Positions 1 through 10,015 of a stretch of 64,000 nucleotides of DNA are shown here, in pieces. The stretch lies in NCBI GenBank assembly GCA_965226885.1, contig CBDDEL010000012.1, positions 96,001 to 160,000 on the forward strand, read 5' to 3'. Within the stretch, counting starts at the first letter, position 1, and each line of letters opens with the position of its first letter. This stretch comes from Opitutales bacterium (lineage in GTDB: Bacteria; Verrucomicrobiota; Verrucomicrobiia; Opitutales; UBA2987). The translations under genes and the position numbers were made by a program. The notes beneath the pieces were generated by a model, which saw only the letters and a program-made list of their open reading frames with translations, did no database searches and was not told the DNA's origin.

Positions 1-182
1 AAATGAACTATGTACCCTATTGATTTTTTGTTCCAAATAAGTTATACTATCAATTACTTTTCCCTAATCCCATTATTTCTTCAGCTAACTAGAGTTTGGT
101 GGATTTCGATATCGTTAAACTTCAAATATGGTCGCATTTCCAATTGAGAAGATGTTTGCAAATTCTAAGCCATATAATTCCA

Positions 183-614
183 ATGAATAAAGTCTATATT
201 GTTGAGGACAATCCAATTTTTTACGATTTGTACTCTGCGTATTTTCAGATGGCTTTATCTGAATTTGATTTGGTGGGAATTGCCCGAGATGGTCAAGAGG
301 CCTTGCGAGCCTGTGCAGACCTGTTGCCTGACCTCATCCTTTTTGATATCCTGTTGCCCAAAATTAACGGGCTTGTGTTGTTTAAAATTTTTAAGAAAAA
401 ATACCCCACGATCATTGGGGCGTTTTTTTCGGGTTCCATTGACCTTGGAACCATTAAGGAAGCCATAGTAAGTGGAGCGGACGGATTTATTGAGAAATCC
501 TGTGGCCTGAAGGAATTGAATAAAGCACTGCCATCCCTCTTTTCCAGAAAGAAGTATTTTAGCCCGAATGTCCATCGTCAGTTACAAATATTAGGTATAT
601 CTCAAGTGGGTTGA
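183..614 (+). CDS. Response regulator, receiver domain only
   Basis: REC motifs IVEDN...LILFDILLP...GADGFIEK; no HTH output domain; ATG at 183 preferred to TTG at 96. Confidence 0.8.
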   Translation: MNKVYIVEDNPIFYDLYSAYFQMALSEFDLVGIARDGQEALRACADLLPDLILFDILLPKINGLVLFKIFKKKYPTIIGAFFSGSIDLGTIKEAIVSGADGFIEKSCGLKELNKALPSLFSRKKYFSPNVHRQLQILGISQVG

Positions 615-638
615 TAAGGAACCGTTATCTTTGGTTTA

Positions 639-1736
639 TTGAGCAGCATACATAAAATCCTCGTCGTTGACGATCAGCCCGTAAACGTAAAGTTGCTCCA
701 GTATGCGCTGGAGCGGAACGGGATGCTGGTCTGGTCCGCCTACAGCGGCCAGCAATGCCTCGATCAAGTTAATAATGAAATGCCGGACCTGATCCTGCTG
801 GACATTATGATGCCCGAAATGGACGGATTTGAGGTTTGTAAAATCCTCAAAGAAGATGAGGCTACCCAGGCAATCCCCATAATTTTTTTAACCGCGAAAA
901 CTAGCAAAGAGGGAAAATTGAAAGGGTTGGATGCGGGAGCCGTCGATTACATCACCAAGCCGATCGACCTGGAGGAAACGCTTGCCCGGATAAAGACCCA
1001 GCTCCGTTTTCAGCAGATCAACCGCGAAAACATCGAATTGCAGAAGCGCCTGGCAGACTCACGGCAAACCGCTGCCATTGGGGCAATCGCCCAGGGCATA
1101 TCGCACAATCTAAACAACCTTCTCGGTGTGGTGGTAGGCTATCTGGACCTATTGAAAACCATCAAGGATAACCCGGCAGCGGTCGAGCGTTGCTACAATC
1201 AGATTGGCCAGGCCATTCAAAGAATGGTCAATATTGTCCGCAGACTGGGCAAAATCGCCAATAAAGAACATTTTGCTTTGCAACCTCTGTCGCTGCAGCG
1301 ACTCCTCGACAGCAGCATTCGTCGATTCGAGGCCGAGAACAATACATCCGATTCCATAGTGGTTATCAACCCGCTGGAGAATATTCAGGTGCCGGCCAAT
1401 GCTGAAATCTTTGAAAGCATTCTGGGCAACTTGATGATGAACGCTCTGGAAAGTTACCCAGAAGGAGAAGAAAACCGCAAGGTAACCATTAAAACGGAAC
1501 TAGTCGATTCCGATTCCAAACAGAGCATCCTGATAAAAGTTTTTGACGAAGGCACCGGAATCAGTCCTGAAGTTAAAGATCACATTTTTGAACCCTTTAT
1601 CAGCGGAAAAACCTCCGTCGGCCGTGGAATGGGATTGACCATTGCCCGCAACGGAATACGCAACCTCGGCGGCGAACTTATCCACAAACCGAGAACCCGT
1701 GGCGGAACTTGCGCCGAGCTGTTGCATCCCCTTTAG
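639..1736 (+). CDS. Hybrid response regulator / sensor histidine kinase
   Basis: N-terminal REC (ILVVDD, LLDIMMP), H-box SHNLNNLL, N-box NLMMNALES, G boxes DEGTGI and GRGMGL. Confidence 0.93.
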   Translation: MSSIHKILVVDDQPVNVKLLQYALERNGMLVWSAYSGQQCLDQVNNEMPDLILLDIMMPEMDGFEVCKILKEDEATQAIPIIFLTAKTSKEGKLKGLDAGAVDYITKPIDLEETLARIKTQLRFQQINRENIELQKRLADSRQTAAIGAIAQGISHNLNNLLGVVVGYLDLLKTIKDNPAAVERCYNQIGQAIQRMVNIVRRLGKIANKEHFALQPLSLQRLLDSSIRRFEAENNTSDSIVVINPLENIQVPANAEIFESILGNLMMNALESYPEGEENRKVTIKTELVDSDSKQSILIKVFDEGTGISPEVKDHIFEPFISGKTSVGRGMGLTIARNGIRNLGGELIHKPRTRGGTCAELLHPL

Positions 1737-1894
1737 GTCCCGTGATCGGACCACCAAAAATACGGCCACTGCCAGTGAGAGTCTTTTCGGAGAAATTACC
1801 GAATTAGCTCATGACGAAATACGGTCGCCCATTCAGTTGCCCCACCACCTTGGAAATGGCGATACCCCGTTCCCTTTTCTTTTCAGGATTGCCA

Positions 1895-2053
1895 GTATCA
1901 AACTATATTGTTCTTGATTTCCGGGGATTCAAGGGAAATGGCATTTGAGTATTAAACTTTATTGTTCTTAGGCATTTCACGTTTCACTTTACACTTGTTG
2001 ATCATCAATGATTTATGAATCCGTCCGGTATCAAACTTTATTGTTCGAGTACA
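1895..2053 (-). mobile_element. Tn7-like transposon end with left-end architecture
   Basis: Minus strand starts TGTACTC-GAACAATAAAG; three spaced 19-bp TnsB-site-like repeats gtat(c/t)aaact(a/t)tattgttc at 1895-1913, 1949-1967 and 2028-2046. Confidence 0.8.
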
Positions 2054-2133
2054 TGTAGACGGACAATAAAGTTGTATCCTAGACAATAAACTTGGAAACT
2101 GACCACTCCGCGCCGGACAATAAAGTCGACTCC
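2054..2133 (+). mobile_element. Tn7-like transposon end with right-end architecture
   Basis: TGTAGAC-GGACAATAAAG resembles the Tn7 right end TGTGGGC-GGACAATAAAG; closely packed repeats at 2061-2079, 2081-2099 and 2115-2133. Confidence 0.8.
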
Positions 2134-2172
2134 TGTCCCTGCCAGGTAGAGGAGTGAACGTAACTTGTTGAA

Positions 2173-2580
2173 TCATAAAGGATTCCGATGATATCCCAGG
2201 ATACATTCAACCTCTGAGGAATCCCCGACTCGGTAGTCAACGGCCAAGTTTGCAACCGCCGTTTGCCATTCCATCCCGAAGACAAGGGCCATCGCCGCAT
2301 CGCGGAGAGATTCCTGCGATCCGATGTCTAGTCGCTTCTAATACTTCCTGCTGCGCAGCGTCGGTTCCAAACAAGCCAGCAATACGATATCGAAATCGAA
2401 CGATTTCGCCACGATGACACCCAACCGACGAACCGCCTCGGGCTGCGGATTTCTCAATTTGACGTTTTTTGGAAGTTCTCCTTTCGGTGCATCCGGAACG
2501 TAATCTGGCTGAAGCTGAAATGACACCTTCTCCACGTCATCGATGGTAATCTCTGGGTGAATCGGGCGCAATTTACGCCC
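2173..2580 (-). pseudogene. Hypothetical gene 3' fragment
   Basis: Frame continues past an internal TAG at 2338-2340 to TGA near 2173; 5' end cut at the IS1380 boundary. Confidence 0.4.
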
Positions 2581-2583
2581 TAG

Positions 2584-4149
2584 CCCGGAAATTTCATAAA
2601 AAAAGTATCGCTGATATGCTTATCTGCTGATATACAGCAGGATAGATTAAACATTAAAGCAATATCAGCGATGACAAAAAGTAAACAATTAGAACTACAG
2701 TTGACAAGGGTAAAAGGCCGCCGTGTGCGGGTTGATTTTAAGGGCGGTGAGGTTACTTCGGATGCCGGGCTGCTTTTGATCCGGGAAGTGGATCGGCGGT
2801 TGGGCTTGACCGAGCAAGCGGCCCGGCAATTAGTAGACAAACGGCAGAAGGGCAAAGTGCGCCATGAGATGCTGGCCATGATCCGGCAGCGCGTTTACGG
2901 GCTGGTGGCGGGCTATGAGGATTTGAACGACTTTGACACCCTGCGCCGCGATCCTTTGTTGCAAACGGTAACGGGGCGCACTGAAGCGTTGGCCAGCGCG
3001 CCGACTTTGTGTCGTTTTGAAAACGGGCAGGATCGGCGGGCAGCCTTTGCCCTGAACGAGTTGCTGGTCGAACAGTTCATGGGATCCTTTGCCGAGGAAC
3101 CCGAAGAGATCATCCTGGACTTTGACGCCACCGACAATCCGGTGCACGGGCTCCAGGAGGGACGTTTTTTCCACGGTTATTATGATCATTACTGTTTTGT
3201 GCGCTGTATGTTTTTTGCGGCGATCAGCTTCTGGTGGCCTACCTGCGGCCCAGCAAGATCGATGCGAGCAAGCATGCCGGGGCCATCCTCAAATTGCTGG
3301 TTAAACGGATTCGCCAAAGCTGGCCCCATACGCGGATTATTTGGCGTGCCGACAGCGGATTCTGCCGGGATCGGATTCTCTCGTGGTGCGAGCGCAACGA
3401 GGTTTATTTTATAGTGGGAACGGCCCGCCATGCACGCTTGCAGCAAGCGGCCCGGCAGTTGCAGGAGCAAGCCAAACAATGGTTCGAGGGTAGCGGCAAA
3501 AAGCAACGGCTGTTTCAGCACTTCGAGTATGGGGCAAAATCGTGGCGGCGCCAACGCCTTATCATCCACAAAGCCGAACACACCGCACAGGGGTCCAACC
3601 CGCGCTTCGTGGTGACGAACCTGCAGGGCGATCCCCAAGAGCTTTACGACAAAGTATACTGTGGCCGCGGTGAGATGGAGAACCGGATCAAGGAACAGAT
3701 GCAATTGTTCAGCGAACGCACCAGCGCGCATAAATGGTGGGCCAACCAGTGGCGATTGCTCTTGTCGGGGCTGGCCTACACCTTGATGGAAGCCTTGCGC
3801 CGGTTCGCATTAAAAGGGACGAAGTGGGCGCGGCTCCAATGCCACAGTCTACGGCTAAAATTAATCAAGATCGGAGCGGTAATCGTGCGCAACACCCGAA
3901 CGATTCACTTTCATCTAAGTGAAAGTTATCCATGGGCCAGTCTTTTCAACCATGCGGCCCGCCGGTTGGTGCCAACCTAAAGGGCGCATTGGCGCTGCCC
4001 CCGGCGCTACCGAACCAATGGGGGAAAGGGGGAAGTGTCTCTACACCCTGAAAAACACCTCAAAATCAAGACGATCCGCCCAAAATACAAAGAAATCCAT
4101 CTCCAATAGCAATAACGAGCCAAACTTTACCCTTCATGAAATATCCGGG
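2584..4149 (+). mobile_element. IS1380-family element (type A, divergent isoform)
   Basis: Inverted repeats cccggaaatttcata / ttcatgaaatatccggg; flanks ctag and gtag do not form a perfect target duplication. Confidence 0.93.
2671..3980 (+). pseudogene. IS1380 transposase, frameshifted
   Basis: ORFs 2671-3414 and 3234-3980 together match the intact copies; one base is missing near 3200 (ttttgtgcgctg versus ttttctgccgcta). Confidence 0.85.
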
Positions 4150-4280
4150 GTAGTTCTCTGGCTGCCTCGCTGATCTCGGACTCATCTCTGAACTCGGCTT
4201 CCACTTCTGCCCACTCCAATCGCACCATAACCTTTTCCGTCAGCTGGCGGTCGCCTCTGTTTACCAACATAAGTAAGGAT

Positions 4281-4388
4281 GTGCTGACCCTCAGTTTCCT
4301 GGGTGTTTGCGGAGTTCTCGTCAGCGACCTGCTGCTCATTATGCTGGACCCGCGCATTCGCTATGATGAAGGCGCAAGTGGAAAATAA
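4281..4388 (+). pseudogene. C-terminal remnant of an OppB/DppB-like ABC permease
   Basis: VLTLSFLGVCGVLVSDLLLIMLDPRIRYD carries the typical LDPRIR tail; 5' part absent. Confidence 0.75.
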
Positions 4389-4436
4389 AACATTTTCGCT
4401 GGTCTTTACGACAGGAAAAACTACTTTGATTTTTAT

Positions 4437-5342
4437 ATGAATTCTCAACTGCGAGTCGGAATCATCGGCCTGGACACCTCCCACGTGGCAGGGCTAGCCA
4501 ATTTCCTAAACGATCCTCAGCACAAGGATTTTATCCCCGGAGCCCGCATTACGACGGGATACCCCGGAGGTTCACCGGATTTCGAGAAGAGCGCATCGCG
4601 GGTCGAGGGTTTTACCCGGAAACTGAAGGACGAGTTCGGGGTGGCCTTGGTTGAATCTCCCGAGGAGGTGGCCGAACAATGCGATGTTATACTCCTCACC
4701 TCGGTGGACGGGCGCGTTCATCTCGACCAGTTCTCCCGCATCGCCCCTTTTGGCAAACCGACTTTCATTGATAAACCATTTGCGGTAAGCTCTGAGCACG
4801 CTCGTCAAATCGCGGAACTGGCTGAAAAAAACCAGGTCCCCTTGATGAGTTCATCTCCCTTACGTTATGCCGAGGCTTTGACTGTGGCTCTCGCCGGGCG
4901 CTCGGGCGAAAACATAACGGGCGCTGATTTTACCGGCCCCATGCCAATAGAACCCACCCAACCCGGCTTTTTCTGGTATGGCGTACACGCGGCGGAAGCT
5001 CTTTTTGAAGTCATGGGGCCCGGCTGCGCCGAGGTCCGCGTAACAACTGTGGAAAACCATGACCTTGCCGTCGGCCACTGGCGGGATGGGCGCATAGGAA
5101 CCATCCGGGGATTCCGCGGTTCCGGTTATTACTTTGGCGGCGTCCTCCACACGGATAAAGAAATGATATTCCTCGATCTCGATTCCGGCGAGAAAACAAA
5201 ACACGTTCATCTGACGAAATCCATAATCGAATTTTTCCGCACCGGGATAAGCCCCATCGCTGTGGCCGAAACAGTTGAAGTCATCCGGTTTCTGGAAGCC
5301 GCCAACGAGAGCCGCTTGACCGGTAATACCGTGCCGCTCTAA
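4437..5342 (+). CDS. Gfo/Idh/MocA-family oxidoreductase
   Basis: Rossmann start RVGIIGLDTSH, FIDKP motif, WYGVH motif. Confidence 0.9.
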   Translation: MNSQLRVGIIGLDTSHVAGLANFLNDPQHKDFIPGARITTGYPGGSPDFEKSASRVEGFTRKLKDEFGVALVESPEEVAEQCDVILLTSVDGRVHLDQFSRIAPFGKPTFIDKPFAVSSEHARQIAELAEKNQVPLMSSSPLRYAEALTVALAGRSGENITGADFTGPMPIEPTQPGFFWYGVHAAEALFEVMGPGCAEVRVTTVENHDLAVGHWRDGRIGTIRGFRGSGYYFGGVLHTDKEMIFLDLDSGEKTKHVHLTKSIIEFFRTGISPIAVAETVEVIRFLEAANESRLTGNTVPL

Positions 5343-5345
5343 TTT

Positions 5346-6242
5346 ATGATAAATCCTCGGAAGATCGTTGATACCCATCAGCATGTGAACTGGCACCAGC
5401 GTAATGTGTCCGGGTCGATTCGCGATATGGATGAGCACGGGGTCAGCTATTCCTGGCTGCTGACCTGGCTCACGGAACCGGACGACCCGGTGCCGTACTC
5501 GGGTGGCGCGCTCAATCCCGTCAATGTCCGCCTGGACGGGTCGCAAGAGGGCATTACCCTGCGCGATATTGTGGAGGCCAAGGAGAAGCATCCTCAACGA
5601 TATGTGGTGGGCTATTGCCCCAACCCCCGTTGGCGGCTGGCGGCCATTTACCTGCGCAACGCCCACCACATGCATGGGGCTCAAATGTGCGGTGAGTGGA
5701 AGTATCGAATGCTCTTCGACGATCCGCGCTGCCTGGAGATTTTTCATGTCGCGGGCGAGTTGAAAATGCCGGTCGTGCTGCACCTGGACGTGCCCTATTT
5801 GCTACAAAATGGCCGACCCGAGTACCAGCCCGATTGGTACGGCGGAACCGTAGAAAACCTGGAGCGCGCCCTTCAGGCCTGTCCGGACACCATATTCATC
5901 GGGCATGCTCCGGGGTTTTGGAGAGAGATCAGCGCGGATGCGGCCACCGATGGGAAACCCTATCCGGATACACCCATTCCCGCCCCCGGAGAAATCTACC
6001 GGCTTTTCGATACTTATGAGAATTTGTTTGCGGATTTATCGGCGGGCTCCGGCCGCATCGCCCTGCAGCGCGACCCCCAACATGCGGTTTCCTTTTTGCA
6101 AAAATATTCCCATCGCCTGCTCTTCGGGCGAGACCAATACGAGCAGAAACTACACCAGTTTCTGCAAACGCTTCCCCTTGATGAAGCAACCGTTAACCGG
6201 ATTTATTACCAGAATGCGGAGAGGCTGATTCCGGCCCCTTAG
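5346..6242 (+). CDS. Amidohydrolase family protein
   Basis: DTHQH metal motif, GEWK, VVLH, IGH and LFGRD motifs. Confidence 0.88.
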   Translation: MINPRKIVDTHQHVNWHQRNVSGSIRDMDEHGVSYSWLLTWLTEPDDPVPYSGGALNPVNVRLDGSQEGITLRDIVEAKEKHPQRYVVGYCPNPRWRLAAIYLRNAHHMHGAQMCGEWKYRMLFDDPRCLEIFHVAGELKMPVVLHLDVPYLLQNGRPEYQPDWYGGTVENLERALQACPDTIFIGHAPGFWREISADAATDGKPYPDTPIPAPGEIYRLFDTYENLFADLSAGSGRIALQRDPQHAVSFLQKYSHRLLFGRDQYEQKLHQFLQTLPLDEATVNRIYYQNAERLIPAP

Positions 6243-6244
6243 AA

Positions 6245-7174
6245 TCATTGATGCGTTGGGCGGGATGCTGCTTCAACCGCCACCACAAGAGCCCCCAGGT
6301 CCTGGATGCGATCACCCAGTTTTGACGGCCGCACGGTGCACAACCTGGCCACCTCGGGTTGGACTTCCCGCAAATACCGCTGGTGCACGAGATTCAGCCA
6401 ATCGCTTCCAAAATAAGAGGCCAGGCTGCCCAAAACGATGATATGCGGACAGAGCAAGTCCGCCAGAAGTGCGCATACGTCGCCCAACGCCTCGGCATTG
6501 AGGCGAATAATCTCCAGGGCATCAGCGTCGCCTTTCGCCGCCAGCACACTGATTTCAGGACCCGAAGGTGGGTTCATTGTCCAACGGCCAGGAAATTTCC
6601 AGGCGGCCAGCAATGGCAAGCCCGTCCCGGAACAATAAGCCTCTACCGTGCCTTCCTTGCCATAAGCGACGGGTCCATGCTGGCGAATGCGCCAGTGTCC
6701 GAGATCGCAGGGGTAGCCACCGGCCCCGCGATGAATCCTGCCATCGAGCACCAGGCCGGCCCCGCAACCCGTGCCGCAAGTCAGGTAAACCAGATGGCGG
6801 ACCTCGCCGTCCGTCCCCCACCGGAATTCCGCCAAGGCGCAGGCCGCCGCGTCATGCTCGACCGCGACCGGCAGCCGCAGTTGCTCTTCCAGCCGTTCCT
6901 TCAAAGGAAGTGCATCCCAACCCGGCAAATGGGGAGGCGACTGAATGATGCCACGATCCGCGTCCAACGGCCCTCCAATCGAAACGCCAACCGCTTTCAC
7001 ACCGGGAAAGATTTTTAGCAATTCCCGCGATCTTTCCCGAATATCCGCCAACATGGCTTCGGGGCCCCGCTCGGCATTTGAGGCCCAGGCTCTGCGCTCG
7101 ATGATTTCGCCCTCAACCGCGCCGATCACGGCGACAGATTTCGTTCCCCCAATATCGAGTCCAAGAAGATGCAT
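6245..7174 (-). CDS. ROK-family sugar kinase
   Basis: LGLDIGGT, EHDAAACALAE, TCGTGCGAG and GHW...GTVEAYCSG motifs. Confidence 0.9.
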   Translation of the reverse strand: MHLLGLDIGGTKSVAVIGAVEGEIIERRAWASNAERGPEAMLADIRERSRELLKIFPGVKAVGVSIGGPLDADRGIIQSPPHLPGWDALPLKERLEEQLRLPVAVEHDAAACALAEFRWGTDGEVRHLVYLTCGTGCGAGLVLDGRIHRGAGGYPCDLGHWRIRQHGPVAYGKEGTVEAYCSGTGLPLLAAWKFPGRWTMNPPSGPEISVLAAKGDADALEIIRLNAEALGDVCALLADLLCPHIIVLGSLASYFGSDWLNLVHQRYLREVQPEVARLCTVRPSKLGDRIQDLGALVVAVEAASRPTHQ

Positions 7175-7214
7175 CACCCTTTCCAGCAAGCCAGCATGAA
7201 AATTTCCGCTCTAG

Positions 7215-8787
7215 CCCGGATATTTCATGAAGGGTAAAGTTTGGCTCGTTATTGCTATTGGAGATGGAGATGGATTTCTTTGTATTTTGAGCAGATCGTC
7301 TTGATTTTTAGGTGTTTTTCAGGGTGTAGAGACACTGCCCCCTTTCCCCCATTGGTTCGGTAGTGCCGGGGGCAGCACCAATGCACCCTTTAGGTTGGCA
7401 CCAATCGGCGGGCCGCATGGTTGAAAAGACTGGCCCAAGGATAACTCTCACTTAGGTGAAAGTGAATCGTTCGGGTGTTGCGCACGATGACCGCTCCGAT
7501 CTTGATTAATTTGAGCCGCAGGGTGTGGCATTGGGCCCGCGCCCACTTCGTCCCTTTTAAGGCTAACCGGCGCATGGCTTCCATCAAGGTGTAGGCCAGC
7601 GCCGACAAGAGCAATCGCCACTGATTGGCCCACCATTGATGGGCGCTGGTGCGCTCGCTGAACAATTGCATCTGTTCCTTGATTCGGTTCTCCATTTCAC
7701 CGCGGCCACAGTATACCTTGTCGTAAAGCTCCTGGGGATCGCCCGGCAGGTTCGTCACCACGAAGCGCGGGTTGGACCCCTGTGCGGTGTGTTCGGCTTT
7801 ATGGATGACCAACCGCAGCCATCGCCACGAATCGGCAGCATAGACGAAGTCCTGGAATAACCGTTGTTTTTTACCCCTTAGTTCGAACCATTCTTTGGCC
7901 TGCTTTTGCAACTGCTGGGCGTCTTGCTGCAAGCGTGCATTGCGAGCCATCCCCACGATGTAACTAACTTCGTTGCGGTCGCACCAAGAGAGTATCCGGT
8001 CTCGACAAAATCCACTGTCGGCGCGCCAAATAATCCGCGTACGGGGCCAGCTTTGGCGAATCCGTTTAACCAGCAATTTGAGGATGGCCCCGGCATGCTT
8101 GCTGGCATCGATCTTGCTCGGCCGCAGGTAGGCCACCAGCAGCTGATCACCGCAAAAAACATATAGCGGCAGAAAACAGTGATGATCATAATAACCGTGG
8201 AAAAAACGTCCCTCCTGGAGCCCGTGCACCGGATTGTCGGTGGCGTCAAAGTCCAGGATGATCTCTTCGGGTTCCTCGGCAAAGGAGCCCATGAACTGTT
8301 CGACCAACAGCTCGTTTACCGCAAAGGCCGCCCGCCGATCCTGCCCGTTTTCAAAACGACACAAAGTCGGCGCGCTGGCCAACGTTTCAATGCGCCCCGT
8401 TACCGTTTGCAACAATGGATCGTGGCGCAGGGTATCAAAGTCGTTCAAATCCTCATAGCCCGCCACCAGCCCGTAAACGCGCTGCCGCAGCATCCCCAAT
8501 ACCTCATGGCGTACTTTGCCCTTCTGCCGTTTGTCCACTAACTGTCGGGCCGCTCGTTCGGTCAAGCCCAACTGCCGATCCACTTCCCGGATCAAAAGCA
8601 GTCCGGCATCCGAAGTAACCTCTCCGCCCTTGAAATCAACCCGCACACGGCGGCCTTTTACCCTTGTCAACTGTAGCTTTAATTGTTTACCTTTTGTCAT
8701 CGCTGATATTGCTTTAATTATTGATCTATCCTGCTGTATATCAGCAGTTAAGCATATCAACGATACTTTTTTTACGAAATATCCGGG
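7215..8787 (-). mobile_element. IS1380-family element (type A)
   Basis: Terminal inverted repeats cccggatatttc; CTAG on both flanks (7211-7214 and 8788-8791). Confidence 0.96.
7390..8700 (-). CDS. IS1380 transposase
   Basis: TSDAGLLL, GYEDLND, LDFDATD, RADSGF and RGEMENRIKE motifs. Confidence 0.95.
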   Translation of the reverse strand: MTKGKQLKLQLTRVKGRRVRVDFKGGEVTSDAGLLLIREVDRQLGLTERAARQLVDKRQKGKVRHEVLGMLRQRVYGLVAGYEDLNDFDTLRHDPLLQTVTGRIETLASAPTLCRFENGQDRRAAFAVNELLVEQFMGSFAEEPEEIILDFDATDNPVHGLQEGRFFHGYYDHHCFLPLYVFCGDQLLVAYLRPSKIDASKHAGAILKLLVKRIRQSWPRTRIIWRADSGFCRDRILSWCDRNEVSYIVGMARNARLQQDAQQLQKQAKEWFELRGKKQRLFQDFVYAADSWRWLRLVIHKAEHTAQGSNPRFVVTNLPGDPQELYDKVYCGRGEMENRIKEQMQLFSERTSAHQWWANQWRLLLSALAYTLMEAMRRLALKGTKWARAQCHTLRLKLIKIGAVIVRNTRTIHFHLSESYPWASLFNHAARRLVPT

Positions 8788-8952
8788 CTAGGCTGTTGCT
8801 TTTTCATTACTAAATGCATTGAACTTAAATCCAACAAGCTGTAGTATTCAATTTACGCAAATTGATTGGTTGGAAACGACAAGATAGAAATTGAGCTTGG
8901 GTTAGTTACTCAGGCATGGTCAAAGATTAATATTTTAGTTGAGAAAACAACA

Positions 8953-9996
8953 ATGACCACAATTTGTGGGAGCGGGAGTGAGAACCGGGAGGTGGTTCTG
9001 CAGATTGAGGGTTTGAAAACCTATTTTTATACGGAGGAGGGAGAAATTCCGGCGGTCGATGGCGTGAATTTGACTTTGGAAAGGGGAAAGACACTGGCCA
9101 TTGTGGGCGAGAGTGGCTGCGGCAAGAGCGTCACGGCTTTTTCGATTCTTAGGCTCATCCAACGACCGGGCAGAATTTTGGGAGGAAAGATAAAGTTTTT
9201 TCCCATGGGAGGGGAAGTGATCGATATGGTTGCTTTGGATGAGAAGGACGAGCGGCTTTATCAAGTACGCGGCGGCAAGATCAGCATGATTTTCCAGGAG
9301 CCGATGACGGCGTTGAGCCCGGTACACACCATCGGCAACCAGATTTGCGAGGCCATTTTGCTGCATCAGGAAGTTTCGGAAACCGAAGCGCGTCGGTTGG
9401 CGGCCGAGATGCTGGAGAAGGTTGGCATTCCCAACCCTGTAGAACGCCTCAACCAATACGCGCATGAGATGAGCGGGGGAATGCGCCAGCGCGCCATGAT
9501 TGCGATGGCCCTGGTGTGCCGGCCGGAAGTGCTCATTGCAGACGAACCAACGACGGCCCTCGACGTTACCATACAGGCCCAGATTTTGAAATTGATCAAA
9601 GACTTACAGAAAGAGATCGGCACCTCGGTTATCTTTATTACCCATGACCTTGGGGTGGTGGCGCAGGTCGCCGACGATGTGGCCGTGATGTATCTGGGGC
9701 GCATTGTGGAGCGAGCCTCGGTTCGGGAGGCGCTGAAATCTCCGCTCCATCCCTATACCATTGCCTTGCTCGAATCGCTACCCCGCATGGAAAGCCATCA
9801 CCAACGCTTGTCGGCCATCACCGGAAGCGTACCCTCGTTGATGGAAATACCGACCGGGTGCCCCTTTCATCCCCGGTGTTCTCACGCCGCGCCGGGTGTC
9901 TGCGATGTTGGAAATCCGCCCCGTCTCGAGGTGCAGAGTGACGGTCGTCTCGTTGCCTGTTTGCGTATAAAGGAGATAGCGCAGGCACATTCCTGA
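8953..9996 (+). CDS. oppD: Oligopeptide/dipeptide ABC transporter ATP-binding protein (OppD/DppD-like)
   Basis: Walker A GESGCGKS, IFQEPM, MSGGMRQR, IADEPTTALD, C-terminal GCPFHPRC. Confidence 0.92.
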   Translation: MTTICGSGSENREVVLQIEGLKTYFYTEEGEIPAVDGVNLTLERGKTLAIVGESGCGKSVTAFSILRLIQRPGRILGGKIKFFPMGGEVIDMVALDEKDERLYQVRGGKISMIFQEPMTALSPVHTIGNQICEAILLHQEVSETEARRLAAEMLEKVGIPNPVERLNQYAHEMSGGMRQRAMIAMALVCRPEVLIADEPTTALDVTIQAQILKLIKDLQKEIGTSVIFITHDLGVVAQVADDVAVMYLGRIVERASVREALKSPLHPYTIALLESLPRMESHHQRLSAITGSVPSLMEIPTGCPFHPRCSHAAPGVCDVGNPPRLEVQSDGRLVACLRIKEIAQAHS

Positions 9997-10015
9997 ACCA
10001 ATCCGTGAGACAATT

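Noticed and set aside
1895..2133. CRISPR repeats or plasmid iterons
   Set aside because: Irregular spacing, two opposite orientations and TGT termini fit transposase binding sites better; no rep or cas gene is nearby.
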